Assembly (NCBI GenBank): GCA_044222185.1 | Contig: JBGANV010000007.1 | Location: 32,001-96,000, forward strand | Direction: 5' to 3' | DNA from: Planctomycetota bacterium | GTDB lineage: Bacteria > Planctomycetota > GCA-002687715 > CAIWVZ01 | DNA length: 64,000 bases | Shown here: one piece after another, positions 29,093-39,300 of the stretch | Position numbering within the stretch: position 1 is the first letter of the stretch | Layout: each line of letters opens with the position of its first letter | Notes under the pieces: generated by a model | What the model saw: only the letters and a program-made list of their open reading frames with translations | Database searches by the model: none | What the model was told of the DNA's origin: nothing | Translations under genes and position numbers: made by a program

Positions 29093-29842
29093 TTGGTCGA
29101 CGACACCGGAATCGGCGGAAGCTCGGACTTCCCGCGGACGCGCCGTTCGGCCATCGTCGCCGCGGGAAGTTCCGACCCGATCGAACGCACCCGGGCGTTC
29201 GATGCCCTGATCAGCGCCTACTGGAAACCCTCCTTTCGGCACCTGCGGCTCAAATGGCGCAAGAATCACGAGGACGCCAAGGACCTGACACAGGCGTTCT
29301 TCGGGCGAGCCATGGAGAAGGGGTGGTTCGATTCGTTCGATCCATCGAAGGCCCGATTTCGCACCTTTCTGCGGACGTGCCTGGACGGCTTCGTGCAGAA
29401 CGAGGCGAAGGCGCAGGGACGGATCAAACGCGGTGGCGGCGAGCGCATCCTGTCGCTCGACTTCGAACGCGCCGAGGGCGAACTCGCGCACGTCGATCCG
29501 GCAGCTCCCGATTCGGTCGATCGGGAATTCGATGAAGCCTGGGTGCGTGGTCTGTTCGCCTCCGCCATCGATCAACTGCGGAACGAGCTTGCGGCGGCCG
29601 GCCGTGTCGTGAACTACCAGCTCCTCGTGCGATACGACCTGGAGCGTCGCGACGACCAGCGAATCACGTACGACGACCTCGCGCGCGAGCACGGGATCTC
29701 CGTGACCGACGTGACGAACCGCCTCGCGTTCGCGCGGCGCGAGCTGCGACGCGTCGTCCTGGATCGCCTCCGCGCGATCACGTCGACGGATCGGGAATTC
29801 CGGGAAGAGGCACGGCTCGTACTCGGGCTCGACCCGCCATGA
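29093..29842 (+). CDS. ECF sigma factor, kinase-associated type (start approximate)
   Basis: FPRTRRSAI..AFDALISAYWKP, EDAKDLTQAFF, FDPSKARFRTFL, KRGGG, FDEAW, TYDDLAREHGIS..DVTNRL. Confidence 0.85.
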   Translation: MVDDTGIGGSSDFPRTRRSAIVAAGSSDPIERTRAFDALISAYWKPSFRHLRLKWRKNHEDAKDLTQAFFGRAMEKGWFDSFDPSKARFRTFLRTCLDGFVQNEAKAQGRIKRGGGERILSLDFERAEGELAHVDPAAPDSVDREFDEAWVRGLFASAIDQLRNELAAAGRVVNYQLLVRYDLERRDDQRITYDDLAREHGISVTDVTNRLAFARRELRRVVLDRLRAITSTDREFREEARLVLGLDPP

Positions 29843-30807
29843 CGTCACTCGATCGCGACCAGATCCGCCGCCTCCAGAGCGCGGCAGACGAGCCGGACCT
29901 CACGGGCACGCGCTACGCCCTCGTCGAACGCGTGGGGCGAGGGGGGATGGGCACCGTCTACCGGGTTCGCGATCGAGAGCTGGATCGCGACGTCGCGCTG
30001 AAGGTGTTGAGTGATCCCGATCCCGATCGCGATCTGGCCCGGAGGATGTTCCGCGAGGCACGCCTGCTCGCGCGACTCGAACACCCGAACATCGTGCCTG
30101 TTCATGACGTCGGCGTCCTTCCCGACGGGCGGGTCTTCTACGTGATGAAGCTGGTGCAGGGCACGCGGCTGGACGCATGGGCGCAAGCGGGTGCATCCCA
30201 GCTCGACGTCGTGCGGTTGTTCCAGACGATCGCGGACGCCGTCGCGTTCGCGCACGCGCGCGGGGTCATCCACCGGGATCTGAAGCCCGCGAACATCATG
30301 GTCGGGGAATTCGGCGAGGCCCTCGTGATGGACTGGGGCGTGGCCCGCCTCGCAGCGTCGGGCCCGCGTCGTTCTGCGGCCGATCCCGACTCCGCGCCGC
30401 CAGCCGCCGACGGCCCACTCGAAGACACGGGGCACGGCACGATCGTGGGAACCGCCGGCTTCATGGCTCCCGAGCAGGCTCGCGGCGACGACGCGAACCT
30501 CGACGGGCGCGCCGACGTCTACGCGCTCGGTGCGACGCTTCGCGTGGTGTTGCGACCGCCCGTCCCCAAGCGCCTTGCGGCCATCGCGGCGCGGGCCGGT
30601 GCGACGGATCCGGGTGCGCGCTATGCGACGGCGTCCGAACTCGCGGCGGACCTCCGCGCGTTCGCCGATGGCCTTCCCGTGAGCGCGTGGCGCGACACGG
30701 CCATCGACCTGGTCTGGCGGTGGGTCGTCCGCAACCGGATTCTCCTATCTCTCATCGGGGCGTACGTTCTGATGCGCCTGGTCCTGCTCCTCGGATGGAA
30801 GCGGTGA
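29839..30807 (+). CDS. Short Ser/Thr protein kinase with one C-terminal TM helix
   Basis: VGRGGMGTVY, VALK, HRDLKPAN, DWGVAR, GTAGFMAPEQ; ATGA overlap with the ECF gene. Confidence 0.92.
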   Translation: MTSLDRDQIRRLQSAADEPDLTGTRYALVERVGRGGMGTVYRVRDRELDRDVALKVLSDPDPDRDLARRMFREARLLARLEHPNIVPVHDVGVLPDGRVFYVMKLVQGTRLDAWAQAGASQLDVVRLFQTIADAVAFAHARGVIHRDLKPANIMVGEFGEALVMDWGVARLAASGPRRSAADPDSAPPAADGPLEDTGHGTIVGTAGFMAPEQARGDDANLDGRADVYALGATLRVVLRPPVPKRLAAIAARAGATDPGARYATASELAADLRAFADGLPVSAWRDTAIDLVWRWVVRNRILLSLIGAYVLMRLVLLLGWKR

Positions 30808-30838
30808 CGTGGGCTCGCTCGACCGCGAGGATCCGCAC

Positions 30839-31375
30839 ATGAGACGGGCCGTCATCGCTTTCACGTTCGCTGCGTTGGTGCTTGGCTCCTGCTCGGACGG
30901 CGAGTCGAACCCAGCGCCGGTGGCCGAGTCGGCCATCGATTTGAAGGTGCAGACGTTCGCCGAGCTGGAGGCGACGCTCCAATCCCTCCGCGGCAAGCCG
31001 GCGATCGTCAACATCTGGGCAACGTGGTGTCCGCCGTGTGTCGCAGAGCTGCCGGACCTGGTCGCCACGGCGCGAGAGTACCGCCCGAAGGGCATCGCGT
31101 TCGTCGGAATTTCGTACGACCTGCTGGGGCGGCAGAAGGAGCGTTCCGGCGTCACCGCGGCGGTGCGGCGGTTCATGGCATCGCGCGGGGTCGACATTCC
31201 CGTGGTCATCCTCGATGAGGACGACTCGGATGCCGTCACCCGCAAGTTCGGACTGTCAGAGTTCGTTCCGTACACGCTGGCGTTCGACTGGAATGGAGCC
31301 ATCGTCGACCGTCAGGAGGGCAGCACCAACCGCGAACGGTTCTCCGCCATGGCGGACCGCCTGCTCTCGCGCTGA
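30839..31375 (+). CDS. TlpA-family thiol-disulfide reductase lipoprotein
   Basis: Lipobox LGSC; GKPAIVNIWATWCPPCVAELP. Confidence 0.88.
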   Translation: MRRAVIAFTFAALVLGSCSDGESNPAPVAESAIDLKVQTFAELEATLQSLRGKPAIVNIWATWCPPCVAELPDLVATAREYRPKGIAFVGISYDLLGRQKERSGVTAAVRRFMASRGVDIPVVILDEDDSDAVTRKFGLSEFVPYTLAFDWNGAIVDRQEGSTNRERFSAMADRLLSR

Positions 31376-31433
31376 CTGCCACGATCGTGTCGGGGATGGT
31401 GCCGTCCTCGGCGCCGCATAACATTCGCCGCTC

Positions 31434-32510
31434 ATGTTGCGGGGATTTCCATCGAGCGCGGTCGTGGCTCTCTCGGCTTGGGTCGCGCTCACGTCGTGCG
31501 GTTCCGTCCATACGGTCTACGCGCCGGAGGGGCCCTTCGAAGGGATCGAGAGCCGTCTCGACCGCGCGCGCGCCGCCGATGCGAAGCTCCGCCTCGTCGT
31601 CGTCCACGGGATGGGCAAGCACACCTGGGGGTTCTCCGATTACATGATGGAGTGCCTCCTCGAACGCCTGGGCTTCCCCCTCGCGAAGGGGATCACGGAG
31701 CAGCCGCACACGCTCGCCGGAACGACCGCGACGGAACGGATCATCCATCACTTCGATGCGGACGGCCGCGAGCGCCTGGTGATCCACGAACTCGCATGGG
31801 GACCGATCGTGGCCGGCGTGAAGGCCCAGCAACTCGACTTCGATCAGGAAGAGCCGTTCTGCAACTTTCGCGAGTGCCTGAACGCGAGGATCAAGACCGA
31901 GATGATCGCGGATCGCCTCGCGGACCCGGTCATCTACCTGGGCAACAGCGGGGGGGCCATTCGCGCGGCGACGCGGGCGGTTCTCCAAGGCGCGCTTGCG
32001 AGCGATGCGCGGGATGAGCTGTGTTTCGTCACGCACAGCATGGGTGGCGTCGTCGTGTTCGACACGATCACGGAGATGGCGAGAAGAGGCGAGGTGCCCG
32101 GGGGCCGGCGCATCGTTCATTACATGCTCGCCAACCAACTGGCTCTCCTCGAACTGGGCAAGAGCGACGCGGTCCAGACGCTCGCTGGCACGCCCGGCCT
32201 CGCGGCGACCTGCACCGACGCCGACACGCTCGTCGAGGCCGTGCTGTTCAGTGACCCGAACGACATGCTCACGTTCGGCGTGCCAGAGGTGTTCAAGCAG
32301 ACGCATGCCCGCTATCGGAACCTGCTCTACACCTACACGAACGTCGCCGTCACCGTCGCCGACACGTCGTACTTCGGCCTCCTGGCCAACCCTCTCGAGG
32401 CACACGCCGGCTATGCACGCTGCAACCGGGTCTTGGACGCGCTGATCGCCGGGAACGCACCGAAGTCCGAGTCGACCGAGGAAGGCACAACCGGCTCCGC
32501 GGCTCCCTGA
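31434..32510 (+). CDS. Putative lipoprotein with alpha/beta-hydrolase-like motifs
   Basis: Lipobox LTSC; VVVHGMG, VTHSMGG nucleophile-elbow-like motif, FSDPND, AHAGY. Confidence 0.65.
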   Translation: MLRGFPSSAVVALSAWVALTSCGSVHTVYAPEGPFEGIESRLDRARAADAKLRLVVVHGMGKHTWGFSDYMMECLLERLGFPLAKGITEQPHTLAGTTATERIIHHFDADGRERLVIHELAWGPIVAGVKAQQLDFDQEEPFCNFRECLNARIKTEMIADRLADPVIYLGNSGGAIRAATRAVLQGALASDARDELCFVTHSMGGVVVFDTITEMARRGEVPGGRRIVHYMLANQLALLELGKSDAVQTLAGTPGLAATCTDADTLVEAVLFSDPNDMLTFGVPEVFKQTHARYRNLLYTYTNVAVTVADTSYFGLLANPLEAHAGYARCNRVLDALIAGNAPKSESTEEGTTGSAAP

Positions 32511-32685
32511 GACGGCGGCATCTCCATACGCACTCGCGCGGCGGCGCCTTCGCCGGACGGAGTATGGCCCCGCGATCTGAAGCACGGAGGATGGGTGCGG
32601 TTCCTCCGCCCTGCGTCTGCCCCGTCGCTTTCCTCCCGACACCCTGCGGCGGACGCGGGGTCTTTGTTTCCCAGGTAGCCGCGCC

Positions 32686-35400
32686 ATGCTCGACTCACTT
32701 CGCCGGCGTCCGGTCGGACTCGTGTCAGTCGCTCTCCTCCTCGCATTCCAACTCGCCCCGGCCCAGGCCCCGAACCTGGACCCTGCGCAGCCGCTGCCGG
32801 GGAGCCCCATCGTCGGCCCCGCTCCGGGAAGCCAGAAGGCGGCCGTGGTGGCCCTCGGCCTGGGCTCGTCGCTGATGGTCTTCGAAGACGACCGCGCTGG
32901 CGACAGCGACCTCTTCGCGGTGCGACTCGGACCGGGCGCGGTCCCGCTCGACTCGGTGCCGTTCCCCGTGACGAAGGCGCCGGGCAATCAGACGGTCCCC
33001 AAGGTCGTCTGGAATGGCGCCAACTGGCTCGTCGTCTATCTGAACCAGGTCGACCCCGGCAGCGGGTACTTCGCCTACCAGTTCGCGGCCCAGCGCGTGT
33101 CGCCGGCGGGACAGGTGCTCGACGCCACGCCGATCGTCCTCGGATCCGATGACACCGGCGGGAACTTCGGCGTCGCGAGCGACGGCAACAACTGGGTCGT
33201 CTCCTACACGGGATACTCCAGCGGCTCGAACGGGATCACCGCGAAGCGCATCAGTCCGGCGGGAGTGATCCTCGACCCGGCTGGCGTCACCGTCTTTCCG
33301 GCGACCTACTACATCATCTTCGGCGTCTCGACGACGTTCGGGCAGAACGAGTACGTCTTCACCTGGATCGACAACGGCCTGAAGGCCCGACGGTTCACGC
33401 CCCAGATGCAGCCCATCGACGCAGCGCCGATCTCCACCGTGTTCGCGGACGGCACCCTCACGTCGAATGGCTCACAGTTCTTCATCGTTCGGACGCGGCA
33501 GACGTCGCTCTACACGTCGGAGGTCGTGGCGAACCGCCTGAACGCGTCGCTCGCACCGCTCGAGGCGAATCCGATCAGCGTCTCGGGCTTCGGCGCGAAC
33601 GTCAACTACACCGAACCGCAGGCCGCGTGGGACGGCTCGCAATGGATCGTTTCGTGGCTCACCCTCGCGACACAGACTCCGAAGGCCGCGCGCGTGACGA
33701 CGTCTGGTGTGGTGCTCGATCCGGCGGGCGTGACGATTCCCGAGAACGATCCGAGCTACCTCTACGGATTCACGCTCGGCGGGCTGCCGGGAGGCGGAGC
33801 GCTCCTGGCCTGGCACGACGTGCGGTTCAACGGGACGAACGACGTCTTCGGCACTGCGGTCAGCGGTACGGGTGCTCCGGGAACCGAGCAGTGCTTCAGC
33901 ATCGGCGCCGAAGCGCTGCGCAACCCGCGCGTGACCGCCGGCTTGGACCAGCTTCTCGTCACCTATCGCGCGGAGCTCGCGGCGACGTCGCGCGTGCTGG
34001 TCCAGCGACTGGATGCGGTCGGTGCGGCAATCGACGGCGAAGGCATCGAGGTGGCGTCCGCCGTGCACACGGGCCTCTATGCGGGTGGGGTGGCCTGGAA
34101 CGGGAGCGTCTATCTCGTGACCTGGTCCGATGCCCAACAGGGAAAGGTGTTCGCGCGGCGATTCCTGCCGAGCGGTGGCTGGCTCGACGCAGCTCCGATA
34201 TTCGTGATGAACGGATGGGGGAGTGATGCGGCCGCGCTCGGGTCGGACTTCCTCGTGACGGGTCTGCGATCGCCCGGATACCCGCAGTACGTCTCGTCGT
34301 ACGCGGCTCGGGTTCGCGGCTCGGACGGGTTGGTTCTCGACAATCCCGCGCCAGCGGTGGCGGGGACGTACGCGACTCGTGCGCGCGTCGTCACGCTCGG
34401 GGGGCGATACCTCATCGCCACCGAGTCGCACGTTTCTCACGACTCGAACCAGGCGGGCATCGTCCTCAATTTCGTCGACACGGCAGGCGTCGTCACCGCT
34501 CCGCTCAACGTCGGACCGCTCAACATCCAGGACTGGGGGAGCATCGACATCGCGAGCGCGGGCACGAGCGCGCTCGTGATCGGCCAGACTGGCAGCAACT
34601 GGACGAACACGGACGTCTACGCGCGGCGCGTTCTGCCCGACGGGTCCATGCCAGCGCCGATGTTCAACGTGACGGCCACGGCGCCCTTCGGCCAGTCGCG
34701 CGCGTCGGTGATGTGGACCGGCACCGAGTACGCGGTGAGCCATCTCACGTTCCAGAACAACGTGTGGAGCTACGACCTGGAGCCGGATGTGTACGTCAGC
34801 CGGATCACCGAGGCCGGAGTCCTGGTGGGGTCGGCGGCCGCGCCGCTGTGGAATGGCGAGGACTACGAGGTGTCGGTCGACGGCGACGGCACCGGCGGCG
34901 GGCGCGGCGTGTTCGCCGCGTCGACGTACGTGGATGGCTCGTACGCGGCGTTTCGCATCAGTCTCCGGACCTTGCGCGCGGCCGGTGTGACGCCATTTGG
35001 CGTGGGCACGCCGGGTTGCACCGGTCCCGAGCAGCTCGACGCAATCTCGCGGCCGTTCATCGGCAACGCCGCGTTCGGGTTCGTCTGCACGCATGCGCCG
35101 GCAGGCGCGAGCGGGTTGCTCGTGGCGAGCACGGTGGCAGTTCCAGGCGGGGCGGATCCGTTCGGGGTCGGCGTGGTCCTGCACGTCGGCATGGCGTCGC
35201 CGACGGCCTACCTGACGCTTCCGATGAATGCGGATGCGGCCGGTGTGGGTCGCACGCCCGTCGCGCTGCCCGCGTCGCCTTCCCTCGTCGGCAGCACGTT
35301 CCACTTCCAGGCGGCGTTCGTCTGGAACGGACCGTGCACGCCGTCACCCCTCGGGATCAGCACGTCGAGCGGATTGAGCCTGCAGATCCAGGCGCCGTGA
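32686..35400 (+). CDS. Secreted beta-repeat protein (PxVxWNGxxxLVxWxDxR...AxRVxxxGxxLD repeats) with C-terminal putative sorting domain
   Basis: Signal APA|Q; about 12 repeats; CTD FGVGTPGCTGP...LPASPSLVGSTFHFQAAF...STSSGLSLQI. Confidence 0.85.
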   Translation: MLDSLRRRPVGLVSVALLLAFQLAPAQAPNLDPAQPLPGSPIVGPAPGSQKAAVVALGLGSSLMVFEDDRAGDSDLFAVRLGPGAVPLDSVPFPVTKAPGNQTVPKVVWNGANWLVVYLNQVDPGSGYFAYQFAAQRVSPAGQVLDATPIVLGSDDTGGNFGVASDGNNWVVSYTGYSSGSNGITAKRISPAGVILDPAGVTVFPATYYIIFGVSTTFGQNEYVFTWIDNGLKARRFTPQMQPIDAAPISTVFADGTLTSNGSQFFIVRTRQTSLYTSEVVANRLNASLAPLEANPISVSGFGANVNYTEPQAAWDGSQWIVSWLTLATQTPKAARVTTSGVVLDPAGVTIPENDPSYLYGFTLGGLPGGGALLAWHDVRFNGTNDVFGTAVSGTGAPGTEQCFSIGAEALRNPRVTAGLDQLLVTYRAELAATSRVLVQRLDAVGAAIDGEGIEVASAVHTGLYAGGVAWNGSVYLVTWSDAQQGKVFARRFLPSGGWLDAAPIFVMNGWGSDAAALGSDFLVTGLRSPGYPQYVSSYAARVRGSDGLVLDNPAPAVAGTYATRARVVTLGGRYLIATESHVSHDSNQAGIVLNFVDTAGVVTAPLNVGPLNIQDWGSIDIASAGTSALVIGQTGSNWTNTDVYARRVLPDGSMPAPMFNVTATAPFGQSRASVMWTGTEYAVSHLTFQNNVWSYDLEPDVYVSRITEAGVLVGSAAAPLWNGEDYEVSVDGDGTGGGRGVFAASTYVDGSYAAFRISLRTLRAAGVTPFGVGTPGCTGPEQLDAISRPFIGNAAFGFVCTHAPAGASGLLVASTVAVPGGADPFGVGVVLHVGMASPTAYLTLPMNADAAGVGRTPVALPASPSLVGSTFHFQAAFVWNGPCTPSPLGISTSSGLSLQIQAP

Positions 35401-35412
35401 GGCTGCTGCGCT

Positions 35413-35907
35413 TCAGGCCGGCGTCGCTGCGGCGACGGCCGGCCGCCGGGCGCGAAACGCGATGGCCCAGGCGATGAACCACACCAGTGCGGCGAACGCC
35501 ACGTGGATCAGCGCCGGCATCACCCAGTTGAACACGAGCACCAGCCAGGGTGACGCATCCTCGGGCATCTTGAACTCGCGAAGCTGCACCTCGTAGCGCG
35601 TCGGCCCGCCCGACGGCGTCTTCCACCGATAGGCCCAGGCCAGCGCGTAGGCCGCCGCGATGGCGCCGCGGTAGATGAACGCGAACACCGCCGCCGTCTT
35701 GATCATGGACCAGAGCGAATGTCCGGCCCGCAACATCAGGATCGACGACAGGATGATCCAGAGCGCTCCGAGGGCGAAGACGCTGAGGACCTTCATCGCT
35801 GCCGCATCGGGGTGATTCACCTCGAGCCACGCGCGCAGCACGGTGAGCGGGAGGAGGATCAAACCCGGAACGAGGCCAAAGCGGACGATGGGAGTTGGGC
35901 GGGTCAT
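35413..35907 (-). CDS. Hypothetical 4-TM membrane protein
   Basis: Four hydrophobic helices, strong GC3 codon bias. Confidence 0.7.
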   Translation of the reverse strand: MTRPTPIVRFGLVPGLILLPLTVLRAWLEVNHPDAAAMKVLSVFALGALWIILSSILMLRAGHSLWSMIKTAAVFAFIYRGAIAAAYALAWAYRWKTPSGGPTRYEVQLREFKMPEDASPWLVLVFNWVMPALIHVAFAALVWFIAWAIAFRARRPAVAAATPA

Positions 35908-35958
35908 GGGGCGAAGGGTATTTCATCGGGGGGACGTTCACACGGGCGGCGGCCGAGC

Positions 35959-36266
35959 GCATCGTCGTCGATTGCTTGCTGCGAACGAAGCGAGCCGCCG
36001 ATCTCTGCAGGGCTGGAGCCCTGCCAACCGGCCGCGTGGAACGCGGCGTTCCGTGCGCAGGACGGTGAGTTCGAGCGAACAGGAGCGCCAAGCTCCGCTT
36101 GGCCGGACCGGCAAGGCTCCAGCCTTGCCGCGAACGTCGACGGACGATCACGCGCCCCGACGCGTTGCGGCATCGTCGTCGATTGCTTGCTGCGAACGAA
36201 GCCAGCCGCCGATCTCTGCAGGGCCGGAGCCCTGCCAACCGGCCACGTGGAACGCGGCGTTCCGTG
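35959..36266. repeat. REP/BIME-like cluster: two 97-bp direct repeats (35959-36055, 36170-36266) plus an inverted central palindrome
   Basis: Three mismatches between copies; hairpins gcagggct-gg-agccctgc, ggaacgc-g-gcgttcc, cggcaaggct-cc-agccttgccg. Confidence 0.9.
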
Positions 36267-36332
36267 TTGCCGCCCGCAGCACGGCACTCGGCCCGGTATA
36301 GTCCTGCCTCGAACGTCGAGGAGGTCCGCGCC

Positions 36333-39300
36333 ATGTTCATGTCGTCGCGCCGGGGCATGCCCGGGTTGGTGTCGCTGGTCGCGTGGTTGGTGACGGTTTC
36401 GGGCGCGGCCCAGACCGACGTGGGCGAAACGCTGTTGCTCCAGCAGCCGACGATCTCCGCAGATCACGTCGTGTTCGTCTACGCGCAGGACCTGTGGATC
36501 GTGGGGCGCGACGGCGGCGTGGCGCGGCGTCTGACCAGCCACGTGGAGAGCGAGCGCGCGCCGGCGCTGAGTCCCGACGCGAAGCTCGTCGCGTTCACGG
36601 GTCAGTACGACGGCAACGACGACGTGTACGTCATTCCGATCGAGGGCGGGATCCCGCGGCGGCTGACGTTCCACCCGGGCCGTGACGTGGTGCAGGGGTG
36701 GCATCCCGATGGCAAGCGCATCCTCTTCACGAGTGATCGGGATGGCGGCGCGCCGGTCGAGCGGGCGTTCCTCGTCAGCGCGGATGGCGGCAACCCGGAA
36801 CCGCTGCCCATGCCGAAGGTGGCGCGGGCCCGCCTGAGCGGCGATGGAACGCACGTGGCCTACACCCCGATCCGCGACGCGTTCCGCACGTGGAAGCGCT
36901 ACCGCGGCGGACAGACGACGCCGATCTGGATCTTCGACCTTTCGACGTTCGCGACGGAGCAGATCCCGCACGAAAACGCCAGCGACACCTTCCCGTGCTG
37001 GGTCGGCGCGGACGTCTACTTCATGAGCGATCGCGACGGTCACATGAATCTCTGGCGATTCACGCCCGGCGGAAGCGCGCCGCAGCAACTGACGCGGTTC
37101 ACCGATTTCGACGTGAGGTCCGTGTCGTCGGGCGCGGGCGTCGTCGTCTTCGAGCAGGCCGGTGCCATTCACGTCTGGGATCCGGCGAAGGGCAGTGACA
37201 CGCGACTGCGCGTCACCGTTCCCGCGGATGGTCTGGGCGCCCGGCCCCGGTGGTCCGAGGCGAAGGGGTTCGTTCGCGGGGCGGCGATCGCCCCCAACGG
37301 CAAGCGCGTGGCGGCCGAGGTCCGCGGCGACATCGTGACGTTCCCGAGAGAGTTCGGTGATCCGCGCGCCGTCACCGATTCGCCGAGTGCGCACGACCAG
37401 AGCCCGGCGTGGTCGCCCGACGGAACCCAGCTGGCGTGGCTGTCGGACGAGAGCGGCGAATACCGCCTCTTGATGCGTGACGAGCGTGGCGTGGAGTCGC
37501 CGCGAGCTTTCGACCTCGGGCCCGGCGGGTTCTTCTTCGAGCTCACCTGGAGCCCCGACGGAAAACACATCTCGTTCCACGACCGTTCTGGCCGCATCGC
37601 GTTCGTGACGCTCGAGACGGGCGTCGTCACGACCATTGGCTCCTGGCCCGCGGCATTCGGCGGGTCGCGTGGGACGGCGTCGTGGTCGCGGGACAGTCGC
37701 ACGATCGCGCTCGCGACGCGTGATCCGGCCACGCTGTACGACTCGATCCAGCTCTACGATCTGCAGACCGGCAAGCTCACCGCGATCACGGACGGGTTCG
37801 GGTCGGCCGACCAGCCTGCGTTCTCGATGGACGGCAAGTACCTGTTCTTCCGCGCCACGGTTGACGGCGGCATGCGCCGCTTCGGCCTCGACATGAGCTC
37901 GCGTGCGAGCCGCGATCCGACGATGAGCCTCTACGCCGTCGTGCTCCAACGTTCGCAGAAGAACCCGCTGGCGCCGAAAAGCGACGAGGCGAGCGACGAC
38001 AAGAAGGCCGCGGCGGAATCCAAGCCGACGGCGGAGAGCCGACCCGCTGTCGAGCTCGACGGCATCGACCAGCGCATCGTGGCGTTGCCGCTGCCTCCGC
38101 GAACCTACAGCGGGCTTGCGTGCACGAAGACCCGGCTCCTGTTCCTCGAAGCCAGCGAGCCCGGCGCCTCCGATGCGACGCTGCGCAGCTTCGACTTCGA
38201 GTCACGCAAGGCGGAGGACGTGGTGGCGAAGCTGTCGTCATTCGCCGTGTCCGCGAGCGGCGAGCATCTGCTCGTGCGCATGGGCGACGAGATCTCGATC
38301 GCGAGCGCCGAGGGCAAGGACAAGAAGGTCGTCGGGTTCGACAAGGTAAAGGTGCGGGTGGAACCCACCGTCGAATGGAGGCAGATGCTCCGCGAGGTGT
38401 GGCGGATCCATCGCGACTACTTCTACGACCCGAAGATGCACGGCGTCGATTGGAATGCCATGTGGGAGCGGTGGCAGGCATTCCTCCCGCACGTGCGGCA
38501 GCGGGACGATCTCAACCTCGTCATCGCCGAGATGATCGGCGAGCTGGCGTGCGGTCACGAGAACGTCAACGGCGGCGACAGGCCCACGGCGCCGGAGAGC
38601 CCGGGCACCGGTCTGCTCGGCGCCGACTTCTCCGTGGAAGAAGGGCGCCACCGGATTCGCACGATCTACCGCGGACAGAACTGGAACCCGACGTTGCGGG
38701 CGCCGCTCACCGAGCCCGGGGTCGATGCGAAGGTTGGCGACTACCTGCTTGCCGTCGATGGGCGCCCGCTCGCGGGGACGCAGGATCTGTATGCCGCGTT
38801 CGTCGGCACGGCGAATCGTCAAACGGTGCTGACCTTGTCGTCGACGCCTGACGGAGCCGGCGCGCGGAAAGTCACCGTGGTTCCCATCGCGAGCGACACC
38901 ATGCTGCGTCGCCGCGCGTGGGTCGAGGCCAACCGACGCCGTGTGGATGCGCTCTCGAACGGGCGCCTCGCGTACGTTCACATGCCGGACACCGGCTCAT
39001 CGGGCAAGGAGGCGTTCGATCGCGACTTCTACTCCGAGCTCGGCCGCGACGGCGTGATCCTCGACGAGCGATACAACACCGGCGGCATGGCGGCCGATTA
39101 CGTCATCGCCACGTTGTCGCGGCAGGTCATCGGTCATTGGATGACGCGCGAAGGCTGGGCGGCGCGCACGCCGTTCGCGACGATCCCGGGTCCCAAGGTG
39201 ATGATCGCCAATGAGAACGCTGGCTCGGGCGGCGATTGGATGCCGTGGGCGTTCCAGCGGCTGAAGGTGGGGCCCGTCGTCGGCATGCGCACGTGGGGCG

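Noticed and set aside
34984-35400. Interpreting the CTDs as autotransporter barrels, PEP-CTERM/LPxTG or canonical T9SS signals
   Set aside because: Too short for a barrel, no terminal TM plus basic tail, and no YPNP...G.Y..K pattern
35959-36266. Possible CRISPR array
   Set aside because: Only two 97-bp units with a ~114-bp gap, no regular 25-45 bp repeat/spacer pattern and no cas genes
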